In this document: piece after piece, positions 1 to 8,384 of the stretch
Layout of the letters: the number at the start of each line of letters is the position of its first letter
Numbering within the stretch: position 1 is the first letter of the stretch
NCBI GenBank assembly: GCA_963775425.1
Contig: CAVZJB010000013.1
Span: 192,001-256,000 of the forward strand
Direction of reading: 5' to 3'
Source: an uncultured delta proteobacterium
GTDB taxonomy: Bacteria > Myxococcota > UBA727 > VGSZ01
DNA length: 64,000 bases
The notes under the pieces: model-generated
What the model saw: only the letters and a program-made list of their open reading frames with translations
What the model was told of the DNA's origin: nothing
Database searches by the model: none
Made by a program: the position numbers and the translations under genes

Positions 1-544
1 GCTCCACCTTCAGCTCGCGGGCGGCGCGCGCGAGCTTCAAGTAGTCGGGCCGGAAGTTGTGCCCCCACTCGGAGATGCTGTGCGCTTCATCGACGGCGAA
101 CAGCGCGATGGGCGTCCGGCCGAGCATCTGGCGGAAGCGCTCGTTGGAGAACCGCTCGGGCGCCACGTAGAGGAGGTCGAGGGTGCCGTCTTTGATGCGG
201 GCGACGACGTCATCGCTCTCCTTCTTCGTGAGCGAAGAGTCCAGCCGCGCGGCGGCGACGCCTTTGGCGGTGAGCGCGTCGATCTGGTCCTTCATGAGCG
301 CGATGAGCGGCGACACGACGAGCGTGAGGCCGGGGAGCACGACGGCAGGCAACTGGTAGCAGAGCGACTTGCCGCCGCCCGTCGGGAACACCGCCAGCGC
401 CGCGCGGTGCTCGACGAGCGCGCGGACGACGTCCTTTTGACCCGGGCGGTAGGCGTCGAAGCCGAAGCGCTCGCGGAGCGCGGCGTCCATCGCCGCGACC
501 GTGTCATCGACCGAGGGGGCGGCGTTGTCGTCGGGCATCGGCAC
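1..544 (-). CDS. recQ: RecQ family ATP-dependent DNA helicase, N-terminal part (runs off the window edge)
   Basis: Manual translation of the minus strand: [62 protein letters not shown] (RecQ motifs 0, I, Ia, II). Start is GTG 544 or ATG 538. Not in the ORF track. Confidence 0.93.
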   Translation of the reverse strand, partial: MPMPDDNAAPSVDDTVAAMDAALRERFGFDAYRPGQKDVVRALVEHRAALAVFPTGGGKSLCYQLPAVVLPGLTLVVSPLIALMKDQIDALTAKGVAAARLDSSLTKKESDDVVARIKDGTLDLLYVAPERFSNERFRQMLGRTPIALFAVDEAHSISEWGHNFRPDYLKLARAARELKVE

Positions 545-714
545 ACCTGCAGGCTACCCCTGGTGCCCGGGGCGCGTCTGAAGAGGGCACGGACGTGCCG
601 CATCGACACGCCGGCGGGAGCGACGTGGTCGTGAGCCCGGAGGTCCGCCGCCGCGCCAATCGTCATGCGGCAAAAAACTGTCGGCACCCGGGGCAACTTT
701 GCTACCCGTAGAGC

Positions 715-1686
715 ATGCTGTCCGTGTTTCTCGCCCTCGCCTGCTCCATCGCCGTCCCGCCGGACGAAAAGACCCCCAAGGTCGTCGTCGTCCCCTTCGG
801 CGAGGACGTGGCGTCGCACGCGCTGTCCGAAGCCGCCGAGAACGCGCTGCCGGTGGCGGCGCGGGAGCGCGGGCTCTCTTCGACGAGGGCGGAGCTGGTG
901 AAGCCGGTGGTCGAGGCGATGCGCGGCTGCCGCGAGGACGGCTGCCGCATCGCCGCCGCGCGCCGGCTCGGCGCCCGCTACGCGGTGCTCGGCGCCGTCG
1001 ACGGCGGCGCGCTCCTGCTGCGCATCATCGACGTCGACGTCGGCGACGCCGCGGGCAGCGCGCGCGTCGACGGAGACCCGCCCGCGGTGCTCGCCGGCGT
1101 CCCCGGCGCCGTGGACTCCCTCGTCGAGCAGGTCGCCCCCCGCTCCACGCGCCTGCTCGCGCGCGCCCGCCACGCGCGCGACGACGGCGACCTCGACGCG
1201 GCCGACCGCGCCTACGGCGACGCCATCGCCGCCGCCCGCGACGACGCCGCGCGCGTCGACCTCTGGCTCGAGCGCTGCCGCCTGTTCGACGCCGCCGACC
1301 GCGCCAAGGAGAGCGCGATCTGGGACGCGTTCGCCGCGGCGCTCGGCCCGGGGGCGCCGGGCTTCGGGACCCTCGACGACGTCGACCGCGCGCGCGTGCG
1401 CGACGCCGTGCGCGCCAACCTGCTCGCGCGCGCCGACTTCGAGGCGCGCATGGCCGAGGGGGACAAGGCGGAGCGGCTCACGGCGGCCGCGCGCATCCAC
1501 GAAAAGATCGCGGCGCTGTTCCCCGAGGACGCCGCGGCGCAGACGGTCGTCGCCGCGTCGCTGCTCGCGCAGGCGGGCGACACGGCGCGCGCGCACACCC
1601 TCCTCGAGAAGGTGGCCGGCGACGAGCACGCCGACGCGGACGTGCGCGTGCGCGCGCTCGCGCGGATGCATCGCATCGGGCGGTGA
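715..1686 (+). CDS. Exported hypothetical protein with TPR-like helical C-terminal region
   Basis: Hydrophobic N-terminus MLSVFLALACS, GC3-rich codons, helical repeats (ARDDGDLDAADRAYGDAI; AQAGDTARAHTLLEKV). Confidence 0.6.
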   Translation: MLSVFLALACSIAVPPDEKTPKVVVVPFGEDVASHALSEAAENALPVAARERGLSSTRAELVKPVVEAMRGCREDGCRIAAARRLGARYAVLGAVDGGALLLRIIDVDVGDAAGSARVDGDPPAVLAGVPGAVDSLVEQVAPRSTRLLARARHARDDGDLDAADRAYGDAIAAARDDAARVDLWLERCRLFDAADRAKESAIWDAFAAALGPGAPGFGTLDDVDRARVRDAVRANLLARADFEARMAEGDKAERLTAAARIHEKIAALFPEDAAAQTVVAASLLAQAGDTARAHTLLEKVAGDEHADADVRVRALARMHRIGR

Positions 1687-2006
1687 CGGGGCGCTGTGCC
1701 CGACGAAGAACAGATCGGGTGGTCAGCGTTTCTGCGCAGAAGCTTTCGCACCGCTGCGCGAATCCTTCGCAACACCAAAGCGCGTCTCGACGCCAGAGTC
1801 GCGGCGCGTGCGTGTGTGACGCTATGCACGCGCCCGTGTTTGAACGGTGTGAACGAAGCGCGTCGCACTGCGTCGTCCCGGGCGGCCGTCGATCGAATTG
1901 CCGCGATCGGACGCGCCCGGATCGCGGTGGTGCAGGCGCGCACACGGCGGCGCGGCCAGCCGTGGCCCGCGCATTGCTCGGTGCTTGGGTTACGGGAGTG
2001 GAACGC

Positions 2007-2177
2007 ATGACTGCCAAGACCCAACACGATGAGTCGACGCCGGAAGAGCCCGAGAAGCCCCGCCTCGCCGATTTGCTCGCTCGCTGCCTCGACGAGGACG
2101 ACCTCGCCGCGTTCGACGAGCGCACCGAGGACGAGCGCGAGCGCTGGGACGAAGACGAGGGCTCCTCGGGCGGCTGA
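2007..2177 (+). CDS. Small acidic hypothetical protein (56 aa)
   Basis: GGAG upstream of ATG 2007; MTAKTQHDESTPEEPEKPRLADLLARCLDEDDLAAFDER...; typical codon usage. Confidence 0.5.
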   Translation: MTAKTQHDESTPEEPEKPRLADLLARCLDEDDLAAFDERTEDERERWDEDEGSSGG

Positions 2178-2258
2178 GGCCCCCCACGACCTCTTTCGCC
2201 GGCCCTCATGCCGGCCAGGAGCGCGCCCGGTGCGCGCTTTTGTTTTAGCCTTGCTCGC

Positions 2259-2873
2259 ATGGGCGACGAGCTATTGAAGACGAGCGAGCACCGGCTCTGG
2301 GCGCTGATCGAGGAGCGGCTCAAGGCCGGCGCGAACACCGCCGAGGTCGACCAGCGCATCTGGGACCTGTTCGGCGAGACCTGGGCGGTGATGTTCACCG
2401 ACCTCTCGGGGTTCTCGCGTCAGGTGGAGGCGTTCGGGATCCTTCACTTCCTGCAGATCATCTGGGAGCACAAGAAGGTGCTCGAGCCGGTGATCGCCGC
2501 CCACGACGGCATCCTCATCAAGACCGAGGCGGACTCGCTGCTCGTGATCTTCCGGCGCGCGGCGTCCGCGTTGAAGTGCGCCGTGAAGATGCAACACACG
2601 CTCGAGGCGATGAACGCCGGGCGCAGCGAGGAGAACAAGGTGCTCCTTTGCGTCGGCGTCGGCTACGGCCCGCTGCTGCGGCTCGGCGACAGCGACGTGT
2701 TCGGCAAAGAGGTGAACGCCGCGAGCAAGCTCGGTGAAGACACCGCGCGCGCCCGCGAGATCCTGGTGACCAAGGCGGTCATGGACGCGGCGGGCCCGCT
2801 CGAGGGGCTCAAGTTCGAGCGCCTCGACGTCGCCGTCGCCGGCTCCCAGGAGAACTACCGCCTCAAGTACTGA
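2259..2873 (+). CDS. Stand-alone class III adenylate/guanylate cyclase domain protein
   Basis: AVMFTDLSGFS, IKTEADSLLVIF, DVFGKEVNAASKLGED motifs; TAGCCT 7 nt before ATG 2259. Confidence 0.85.
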   Translation: MGDELLKTSEHRLWALIEERLKAGANTAEVDQRIWDLFGETWAVMFTDLSGFSRQVEAFGILHFLQIIWEHKKVLEPVIAAHDGILIKTEADSLLVIFRRAASALKCAVKMQHTLEAMNAGRSEENKVLLCVGVGYGPLLRLGDSDVFGKEVNAASKLGEDTARAREILVTKAVMDAAGPLEGLKFERLDVAVAGSQENYRLKY

Positions 2874-2916
2874 GCGGGTGCGCACGCAACATGAAGGCGG
2901 TGATGGAGATGCCCCC

Positions 2917-4272
2917 ATGGAGATGACGGCGTGCACCGCGGTGCACAAGCTCCCGGACGGCGAGGTGCGCCTGCTCGGGGCCATCGACGTCGTCACCGGA
3001 TCGATGACGCGCGTCGAGACCGCCGGCAAGCGGCTGCTCGTCGACTGCGGCGCCGCCCAGGGCCCGGAGGCGCGCCGCTGGCACTTCCCTGACGCGGCCC
3101 GCGACGTCGACGCGCTGCTCTTGACGCACGGCCACTACGACCACATCGGCTCCATCCCCGCGCTCATCGACGGCGGCTTCGAGCGCCCCATCCTCGCCAC
3201 GCGCGCCACCCTCGACATCGCGCGCATCTCCATCGAGGACAGCCTCCACATGAGTCGCGCGAGCGACAAGGAGATCGACCGGCTGATGCGCCAGCTCGAC
3301 AAGCTCGCGCGCTCCATCCCCTATGACAAAGCCGGCGAGCACCTGCCCGGCTTCGACGGCAAGATCACGTTTCGCGAGGCCGGCCACATCCTCGGCAGCG
3401 CATCGCTCGAGGTGACGACGAACAAGAGCCGCGTGATCCTCTCGGGGGACCTCGGGCGGCCCGATAGCCCCATCCTCAAGGACTACTTCACCGGCTGGAC
3501 CGACGAGCGCCCGGTCGACGTCGTGCTCATGGAGTCCACGTACGGCGCGCGCAGCCACGAGCACAGCCACGGTGACATCGAGCGCGACCTCGAGCGCGTG
3601 GTCAACGAGGCGGCCAAGCGCCACGGCAAGATCTTGATCCCGTCGTTCGCCATCGGCCGCACCCAGGTGCTGCTCTACTTCCTCAACGAGCTCGTCGAGG
3701 CGAAGCGCATCCCGCCGGTGCCCGTGGCGCTCGACACGCCCATGGGCACCCTCGTGACCGAGACCTACGAGCACGCGCGCAGGCTCTTCGACCGGGACGC
3801 CCTCGACAAGATCCAGCGCGGCGACGACCCGCTGGACTTCGCCAACCTCTTCTTCGTCAGGCGCGGCCACGACTCCGCCAAGCTCATGCGCTCCAAGGGC
3901 TCGCTCATCATCATCGCGGGCAGCGGCATGTGCACCGGCGGCCGCATCGTGCACCACCTCGTCGACGGCCTTCCCAATCCGTCGTGCACCGTGCTCTTCG
4001 TCGGACACCAGAGCGTGGGCACCGCCGGCCGCCGCATCCAGGAGGCCAAGGCCGGCGGCGCCACCGTCTGGATCAACCACAGGGACGTCCCCGTGCGCTG
4101 CCACATCGAGACCCTGCGCGGCCTGTCCGCCCACGCCGACCGCGACGAGCTGCTCACCTGGCTCTCGCACATCCCGAACAAGGCACGCGTGGCGCTCAAC
4201 CACGGCGACGCCACCGCGCAGCGCGCGCTCATCGAGTACGCCCGGGACAAGGGCGCCCTCTCCTCCGGCTGA
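2917..4272 (+). CDS. MBL-fold beta-CASP family nuclease (RNA-processing exonuclease-like)
   Basis: LVDCG, THGHYDHIG, AGHILGSAS, SGDLG, MESTYG, PSFAIGRTQ, GSGMCTGGR, SAHAD, NHGD motifs. Start uncertain (2878-2923). Confidence 0.9.
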   Translation: MEMTACTAVHKLPDGEVRLLGAIDVVTGSMTRVETAGKRLLVDCGAAQGPEARRWHFPDAARDVDALLLTHGHYDHIGSIPALIDGGFERPILATRATLDIARISIEDSLHMSRASDKEIDRLMRQLDKLARSIPYDKAGEHLPGFDGKITFREAGHILGSASLEVTTNKSRVILSGDLGRPDSPILKDYFTGWTDERPVDVVLMESTYGARSHEHSHGDIERDLERVVNEAAKRHGKILIPSFAIGRTQVLLYFLNELVEAKRIPPVPVALDTPMGTLVTETYEHARRLFDRDALDKIQRGDDPLDFANLFFVRRGHDSAKLMRSKGSLIIIAGSGMCTGGRIVHHLVDGLPNPSCTVLFVGHQSVGTAGRRIQEAKAGGATVWINHRDVPVRCHIETLRGLSAHADRDELLTWLSHIPNKARVALNHGDATAQRALIEYARDKGALSSG

Positions 4273-4280
4273 CGGGCGCG

Positions 4281-4490
4281 CTACCTCCGGTTCTGCTCGA
4301 AGATGGCGAAGCCACCGAGCGACGCGTCGTCGTAGGTGATGCGGCCGCCCGCGACGGAGATGCGAGCTGCGCGACCTTGGGCCCGCGCGCGGTGCCGAAG
4401 ACGCCGCTGACGCCGCCGGCGGCGCAGACGACCTCGCCGGCGCCGCTGCTGCCGACCTCCTGCTCGGGATCGCCGACATACGGCCGCGCG
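4281..4490 (-). pseudogene. Possible coding remnant with one frameshift and no clear start
   Basis: GC3-rich frames YVGDPEQEVGSSGAGEVVCAAGGVSGVFGTARGPKVAQL, then after a shift ISVAGGRITYDDASLGGFAIFEQNRR* (TAG 4281-4283). Confidence 0.3.
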
Positions 4491-4493
4491 CGC

Positions 4494-5441
4494 TCACAGG
4501 CGGAGGGCGCGGCGACAGCGCTCGAGGGCGTCGAGGGCCTTGCCGTATCCCTTGCCGGCCTCGAGGAGCACGGGGATCTGCGCGGGGTCGCCGGCGACGC
4601 TTCGGGCCACGGCGGCGACGTCGACGCCGCCGTCGAGGGCGATGCTGGCGGCCATGGCGGGCGGCAAGGTGAACGTGACGCCGTCGCTGATGGTGCGCAG
4701 GGACGCGAAGGGCAGCCCGTGCTCCGCTGCGAACCGGGCGGCGACGTGGGACTCCATGTCGAGCGCGCCGGCGCCGGTCCGCTTGCGGATGCGCGCGCGA
4801 TCCGCTGGCGTCGAGGTCATGGTGTCGACGCCGAAGAACGCCACGCGCCGCGCGTGCTCGCCGGCGCGCGCGGCGCCGGCGACGAGCTCCTTGGTGAGCG
4901 CGGGGTCGACGGGCCAGGCGCCGTCGGCGCACAGGACGCGGTCGGCGACGACGACGGCGCCCGGGTGGAGCGACGGGAAGAGCGCGCCGGCGACGCCGAA
5001 GCTGACGACGGCGCGGACGCTCGAGGGGTCGACGCGCGCGAGCAGCGCCCGCAGGTGCGCCGGGTTGGCGCCGCTGACGACGACGACGGCGCCGGGGCCG
5101 GCGGCGACGCGCGCCTCGTCCTGCATGCCGACGACGAAGAGCACCGGCCGCGCGTCGCCGGCGCGCTCGTGCGGCGGCGCCGACGCACACCCCGCGGCGG
5201 CCGTGAGCGCCGCGAGCGCCACGAGCGCGCCCGCGACGGCCGCCGGGCCGCACTTCGAGGCGCTCTTCGGGCCGCGCCTCGGGTCGAGCCGGGCGGCTCG
5301 ATCGGCGCCGGCCCGCGGATCGGGCCGGGGGGTCCGGGCGGCGGCGCGGGGCCCGCCTCGTGGTCGGCTCGATCGCGGGCCGGCCCGCGGATCGGGCCGC
5401 GGGGTCCGGGCGGCGGTGGGGGCGTCGTCGCGGGCGCTCAC
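4494..5441 (-). CDS. HpnG-like (hopanoid-associated) nucleoside phosphorylase with an N-terminal lipobox-like segment
   Basis: VVGMQDEARVA, VVSFGVAGAL, ALDMESHVAA, PFASLRTISD (PNP/MTAN fold). Preceded by ALVALAALTAAAGC. GTG 5441 lies 7 nt after TAGGGT; start uncertain. Confidence 0.75.
   Translation of the reverse strand: MSARDDAPTAARTPRPDPRAGPRSSRPRGGPRAAARTPRPDPRAGADRAARLDPRRGPKSASKCGPAAVAGALVALAALTAAAGCASAPPHERAGDARPVLFVVGMQDEARVAAGPGAVVVVSGANPAHLRALLARVDPSSVRAVVSFGVAGALFPSLHPGAVVVADRVLCADGAWPVDPALTKELVAGAARAGEHARRVAFFGVDTMTSTPADRARIRKRTGAGALDMESHVAARFAAEHGLPFASLRTISDGVTFTLPPAMAASIALDGGVDVAAVARSVAGDPAQIPVLLEAGKGYGKALDALERCRRALRL
5295..5418. repeat. Two imperfect ~52-bp direct repeats, each with a GGCCCG-n5-CGGGCC hairpin
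   Basis: ggctcgatcg..ccggcccgcggatcgggccgNggggtccgggcggcgg at ~5295-5346 and ~5366-5418. Confidence 0.75.
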
Positions 5442-5541
5442 CTGGCGCACCCTAGTCGTTCGCGGCGCGCTCGACGCGGGGGCGCGACGTCGGCCCGCTG
5501 ACGGACCCGGCGGATCGGGGAACCTCGCGGCGCCGGCGAGC

Positions 5542-6429
5542 GTGAAAGAGGGCGTGGCTGCTCCTCGCCCGCGACGCGCCCGCTTCGCCCTCGTCGCCGT
5601 CGCCGCGCTCGCGCTGTGCGCCGTCGCCGCGCACGAGCGCGGCGGCGCCCACGCCGACGTCGTCGCCGCCGGCCGCGAGACCGTCGACATCGGCGACCGC
5701 GTCACCGCCGTCCTCGAGCGCGGCGCGCGCGTCCGCTTTGACGTCGAGCCGCGGCCGCTCCGCCCCGAGCGCGTCGTCGTCGACCAGCTCGCGGGCCGCG
5801 TCGCCTATCGCGTGGCGGGCGCCGGCGTCCGCTTCCACACGCCCGCCGGCGGCTTCGTCGCCCACGACGCCCGCTTCATCGTCGACCTCGACCGCGCGCC
5901 CGGGCACGTGCGCGTGGGCGCCGGCGACGTCAGCGTGAGCGCGGCCGCCGAGCTCAGCGTGGAGCGCGCCCCGCTCGAGACGCCCCCCGGCCCTGGCGAC
6001 CTCGAGGCGAGGCTCACCGCGCTGCGCGCGCTCCGCGAGCGGCTCCGGCGCGGCGACGACGACGACGGCGCCCGCTTCACCCGCGCGCACCTGAAGGCCG
6101 CCGTCGCCGCCGCGCTCGAAGAAGCCGGCGTCCGCGGCGCCGTCACCGGCGTCGACTGCGGGCGCTCGCCGTGCGTCGTCACCGGCGTCATCAGCGGCAG
6201 CGGAACGAGCGTCGTCGCGGGCGTCGACCCAGGCGTCGCGGGCGTCGACCCAGGCGTCGGCACGAGCGACGCGGGCGGCGCCGCGCTCGCGTCGAAGCTC
6301 CTCCACAGCGCCGCGCTCGCGCCGTACGCGGATGACGACGCCCGGGTCTCGACCTGGCGCGACGCCGGGGGCGCCGGCTTCGCCGTGTCGTTCGCTCGTG
6401 CCGGCCCCGAGGGGGGCAGCGGGCCGTGA
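5542..6429 (+). CDS. Membrane-anchored hypothetical protein with FecR-like beta domain
   Basis: TM segment FALVAVAALALCAVAA, then VVVDQLAGRVAYRV..FHTPAG..RFIVDL, resembling FecR-type strands. Internal 21-bp duplication (VAGVDPG x2). Confidence 0.5.
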   Translation: MKEGVAAPRPRRARFALVAVAALALCAVAAHERGGAHADVVAAGRETVDIGDRVTAVLERGARVRFDVEPRPLRPERVVVDQLAGRVAYRVAGAGVRFHTPAGGFVAHDARFIVDLDRAPGHVRVGAGDVSVSAAAELSVERAPLETPPGPGDLEARLTALRALRERLRRGDDDDGARFTRAHLKAAVAAALEEAGVRGAVTGVDCGRSPCVVTGVISGSGTSVVAGVDPGVAGVDPGVGTSDAGGAALASKLLHSAALAPYADDDARVSTWRDAGGAGFAVSFARAGPEGGSGP

Positions 6430-6476
6430 GCCCCGCCTGTCGTTGTGCGCGGGCGCGCGACGGGCGAAGGGAGCCC

Positions 6477-6917
6477 ATGACCCGATCGGACGACGTCCGC
6501 GCGCGCGAATTCTTCGACCGCTGCCGCTACGGCGTGGTGAGCAGCCTCGGCGACGACGGCGCGCCGCAAGCCGCCGTCGTCGGGCTCGCCCTCGGCGACG
6601 ACGGCTCCATCGTCTTCGACACCCTCGGCACCTCGCGCAAGGCGAAGAACCTCCGGCGCGACGGGCGCTGCGCCGTCGTCATCTGGGACGGCGAACGCAC
6701 GCTGCAGATCGAGGGCGTCGCCGTGGAGCCCACCGGCGCGGCGCGCGAGCGCGCGCTCGAGACGTACTTCCGCGTCTTCCCCGACGGCCGCGAGCGCCTC
6801 TCCTGGCCGCACATCACCCACTTCGCGATCACGCCGCACTGGGCGCGCGACTCCGACTACGACGCCGTCCCCGAGGCGCGCATCCTCGAGGTCGACCTCA
6901 CCGGCCGCGCGCCCTGA
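6477..6917 (+). CDS. Pyridoxamine 5'-phosphate oxidase-like (PPOX, FMN/F420 split barrel) protein
   Basis: YGVVSSLGDDGAPQAAVV..FDTLGTSRKAKNLRRDGRCAVVI; GGGAG RBS before ATG 6477. Confidence 0.85.
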   Translation: MTRSDDVRAREFFDRCRYGVVSSLGDDGAPQAAVVGLALGDDGSIVFDTLGTSRKAKNLRRDGRCAVVIWDGERTLQIEGVAVEPTGAARERALETYFRVFPDGRERLSWPHITHFAITPHWARDSDYDAVPEARILEVDLTGRAP

Positions 6918-7247
6918 CGGGCTCTGTGACGACGGCGACCGGTCGCCGGGAGAGCGCGAGCGCATTCGTTTTCCAATCGCGTAGAATCGACGGGCTCGCC
7001 CGGGGGAAATCACCACGCGCAGCTCCACGTTCCGCACGCTCCCTGCGCTCGCGCAAGTGCTCGTGTTGAAGGAGGGCATCGAGATGCCCGCGACCTTGAG
7101 CGCGAGCGACGAGCCCGTCGGCCTCGCGGCGGAGCTCAAGCACGGCACCACGACCGTAGCACCGTCCCCTTCCGGGTGGCTCGGATCAACGGTCCATCGG
7201 GCCAGCCCTCGTCGCCACTCGCGGCGCTCGGCCTTTGAGCTGACGAG

Positions 7248-8270
7248 CTACGCGGTGCGCGTGAGGCGCACGGGCTCGCCGCCGACCGGCACGGCGTCGA
7301 GCGCGTGCGGCTCGATCAGCGAGCGCACCTCGAGCTGCTCCTCGATGTCGGCGAGGCGCAGGTCGACCTTCTCCAGGAGCTTGCGGTTCACCGAGATGAG
7401 GTCGGCGATGAGCGCCAACAACACGAGCAGCGTGCCCGCGCCCATGAGGATGGACGCGAGGATCAGGGACTGCACGTGGCCGCCCTGGCCGAGGACGAAC
7501 TGCGCGTACAGGAAGCGCAGCCCGAGGCCGAAGCCGGCGAGGAGCGCGAGGAAGCCGGGCACGCCGAAGAAGCGGAACGGCTTGTACGCGAGGAACACGC
7601 GCACGATGGTGACTGCGGAGTAGCGCACGTACGACGAGATGCTCTTGAGCAGGCGCGACGGGCGCAGGTCTTCGTTGGTGCGGATGGGCACCGAGACCAC
7701 GCGCAGCCGCTGGTGGCCGGCCTGGATGATGGTCTCGAGGGTGTACGTGTAGTCGGAGAAGACGTTCAGGCGCTTGGCGGCGTCACGCGACACGGCGCGG
7801 AAGCCGCTCGGGGCGTCGGCGACCTCGGTGCTGCTGGCGACGCGCACGACGAAGGAGCCGAGCTTTTGCAGCAGCTTCTTCTTCCGGGAGAAGTGGGCGG
7901 TGTCCGCGATGGGACGTGCGCCGATGACCATGTCGGCGTCCCCCTGGACGATGGGGCGCACGAGGTGCTGGATGTCGTCGGCGCAGTACTGGTTGTCCGC
8001 GTCGGTGTTGACGATGACGTCGGCGCCGAGCTGCACGCAGGCCCGCAGCCCGGTGCGGAAGCCGTTGGCGAGGCCGCGGTTGGTGGGGACGCGCACGACG
8101 TGGTCGACGCCGTTTTCGCGGGCGACGGCCACGGTGTTGTCGCGGCTGCCGTCGTCGATGACGAGCCACTCGACCGCGTCGAAGCCGGGCACCTCGCGCG
8201 GCAGCGCGCGCAGGGTGACGGCGAGGGTCTCCTCCTCGTTGAAGCACGGGATCTGGATGATGAGCTTCAC
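7248..8270 (-). CDS. Glycosyltransferase family 2 (polyprenol-phosphate glycosyltransferase-like) with two C-terminal TM helices
   Basis: LIIQIPCFNEE, IDDGSRDNT, NTDADNQY, DAPSGFRA; GTG start 8270. Confidence 0.92.
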   Translation of the reverse strand: MKLIIQIPCFNEEETLAVTLRALPREVPGFDAVEWLVIDDGSRDNTVAVARENGVDHVVRVPTNRGLANGFRTGLRACVQLGADVIVNTDADNQYCADDIQHLVRPIVQGDADMVIGARPIADTAHFSRKKKLLQKLGSFVVRVASSTEVADAPSGFRAVSRDAAKRLNVFSDYTYTLETIIQAGHQRLRVVSVPIRTNEDLRPSRLLKSISSYVRYSAVTIVRVFLAYKPFRFFGVPGFLALLAGFGLGLRFLYAQFVLGQGGHVQSLILASILMGAGTLLVLLALIADLISVNRKLLEKVDLRLADIEEQLEVRSLIEPHALDAVPVGGEPVRLTRTA

Positions 8271-8384
8271 GCGGGAAGCGTGATCGGCGCTCGCCCAGTC
8301 GTCAACGGCGGATCCAGCCCGAAATGTGCGCGACGCGAGGGCGCGGCCCACGGATTTCCGGCGATCGCGACGACGGCGTCGCGG

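Noticed and set aside
59-634. 191-aa + strand ORF
   Set aside because: Antisense shadow of recQ, whose motifs are clear on the minus strand.
2259-4272. Pycsar/CBASS-type antiphage system
   Set aside because: No TIR, TM or cNMP-binding effector is adjacent, the MBL has full beta-CASP RNA-processing motifs, and there is no defence-island context.
6990-7150. Frame PGEITTRSSTFRTLPALAQVL..IEMPATLSASD as a NuoD/hydrogenase C-terminal remnant
   Set aside because: Similarity is vague and cannot be supported without a search.
7150-7190. SRP RNA-like CCGGAAGG on the minus strand
   Set aside because: Lacks the flanking CAGG and AGCAG internal-loop motif of SRP domain IV.
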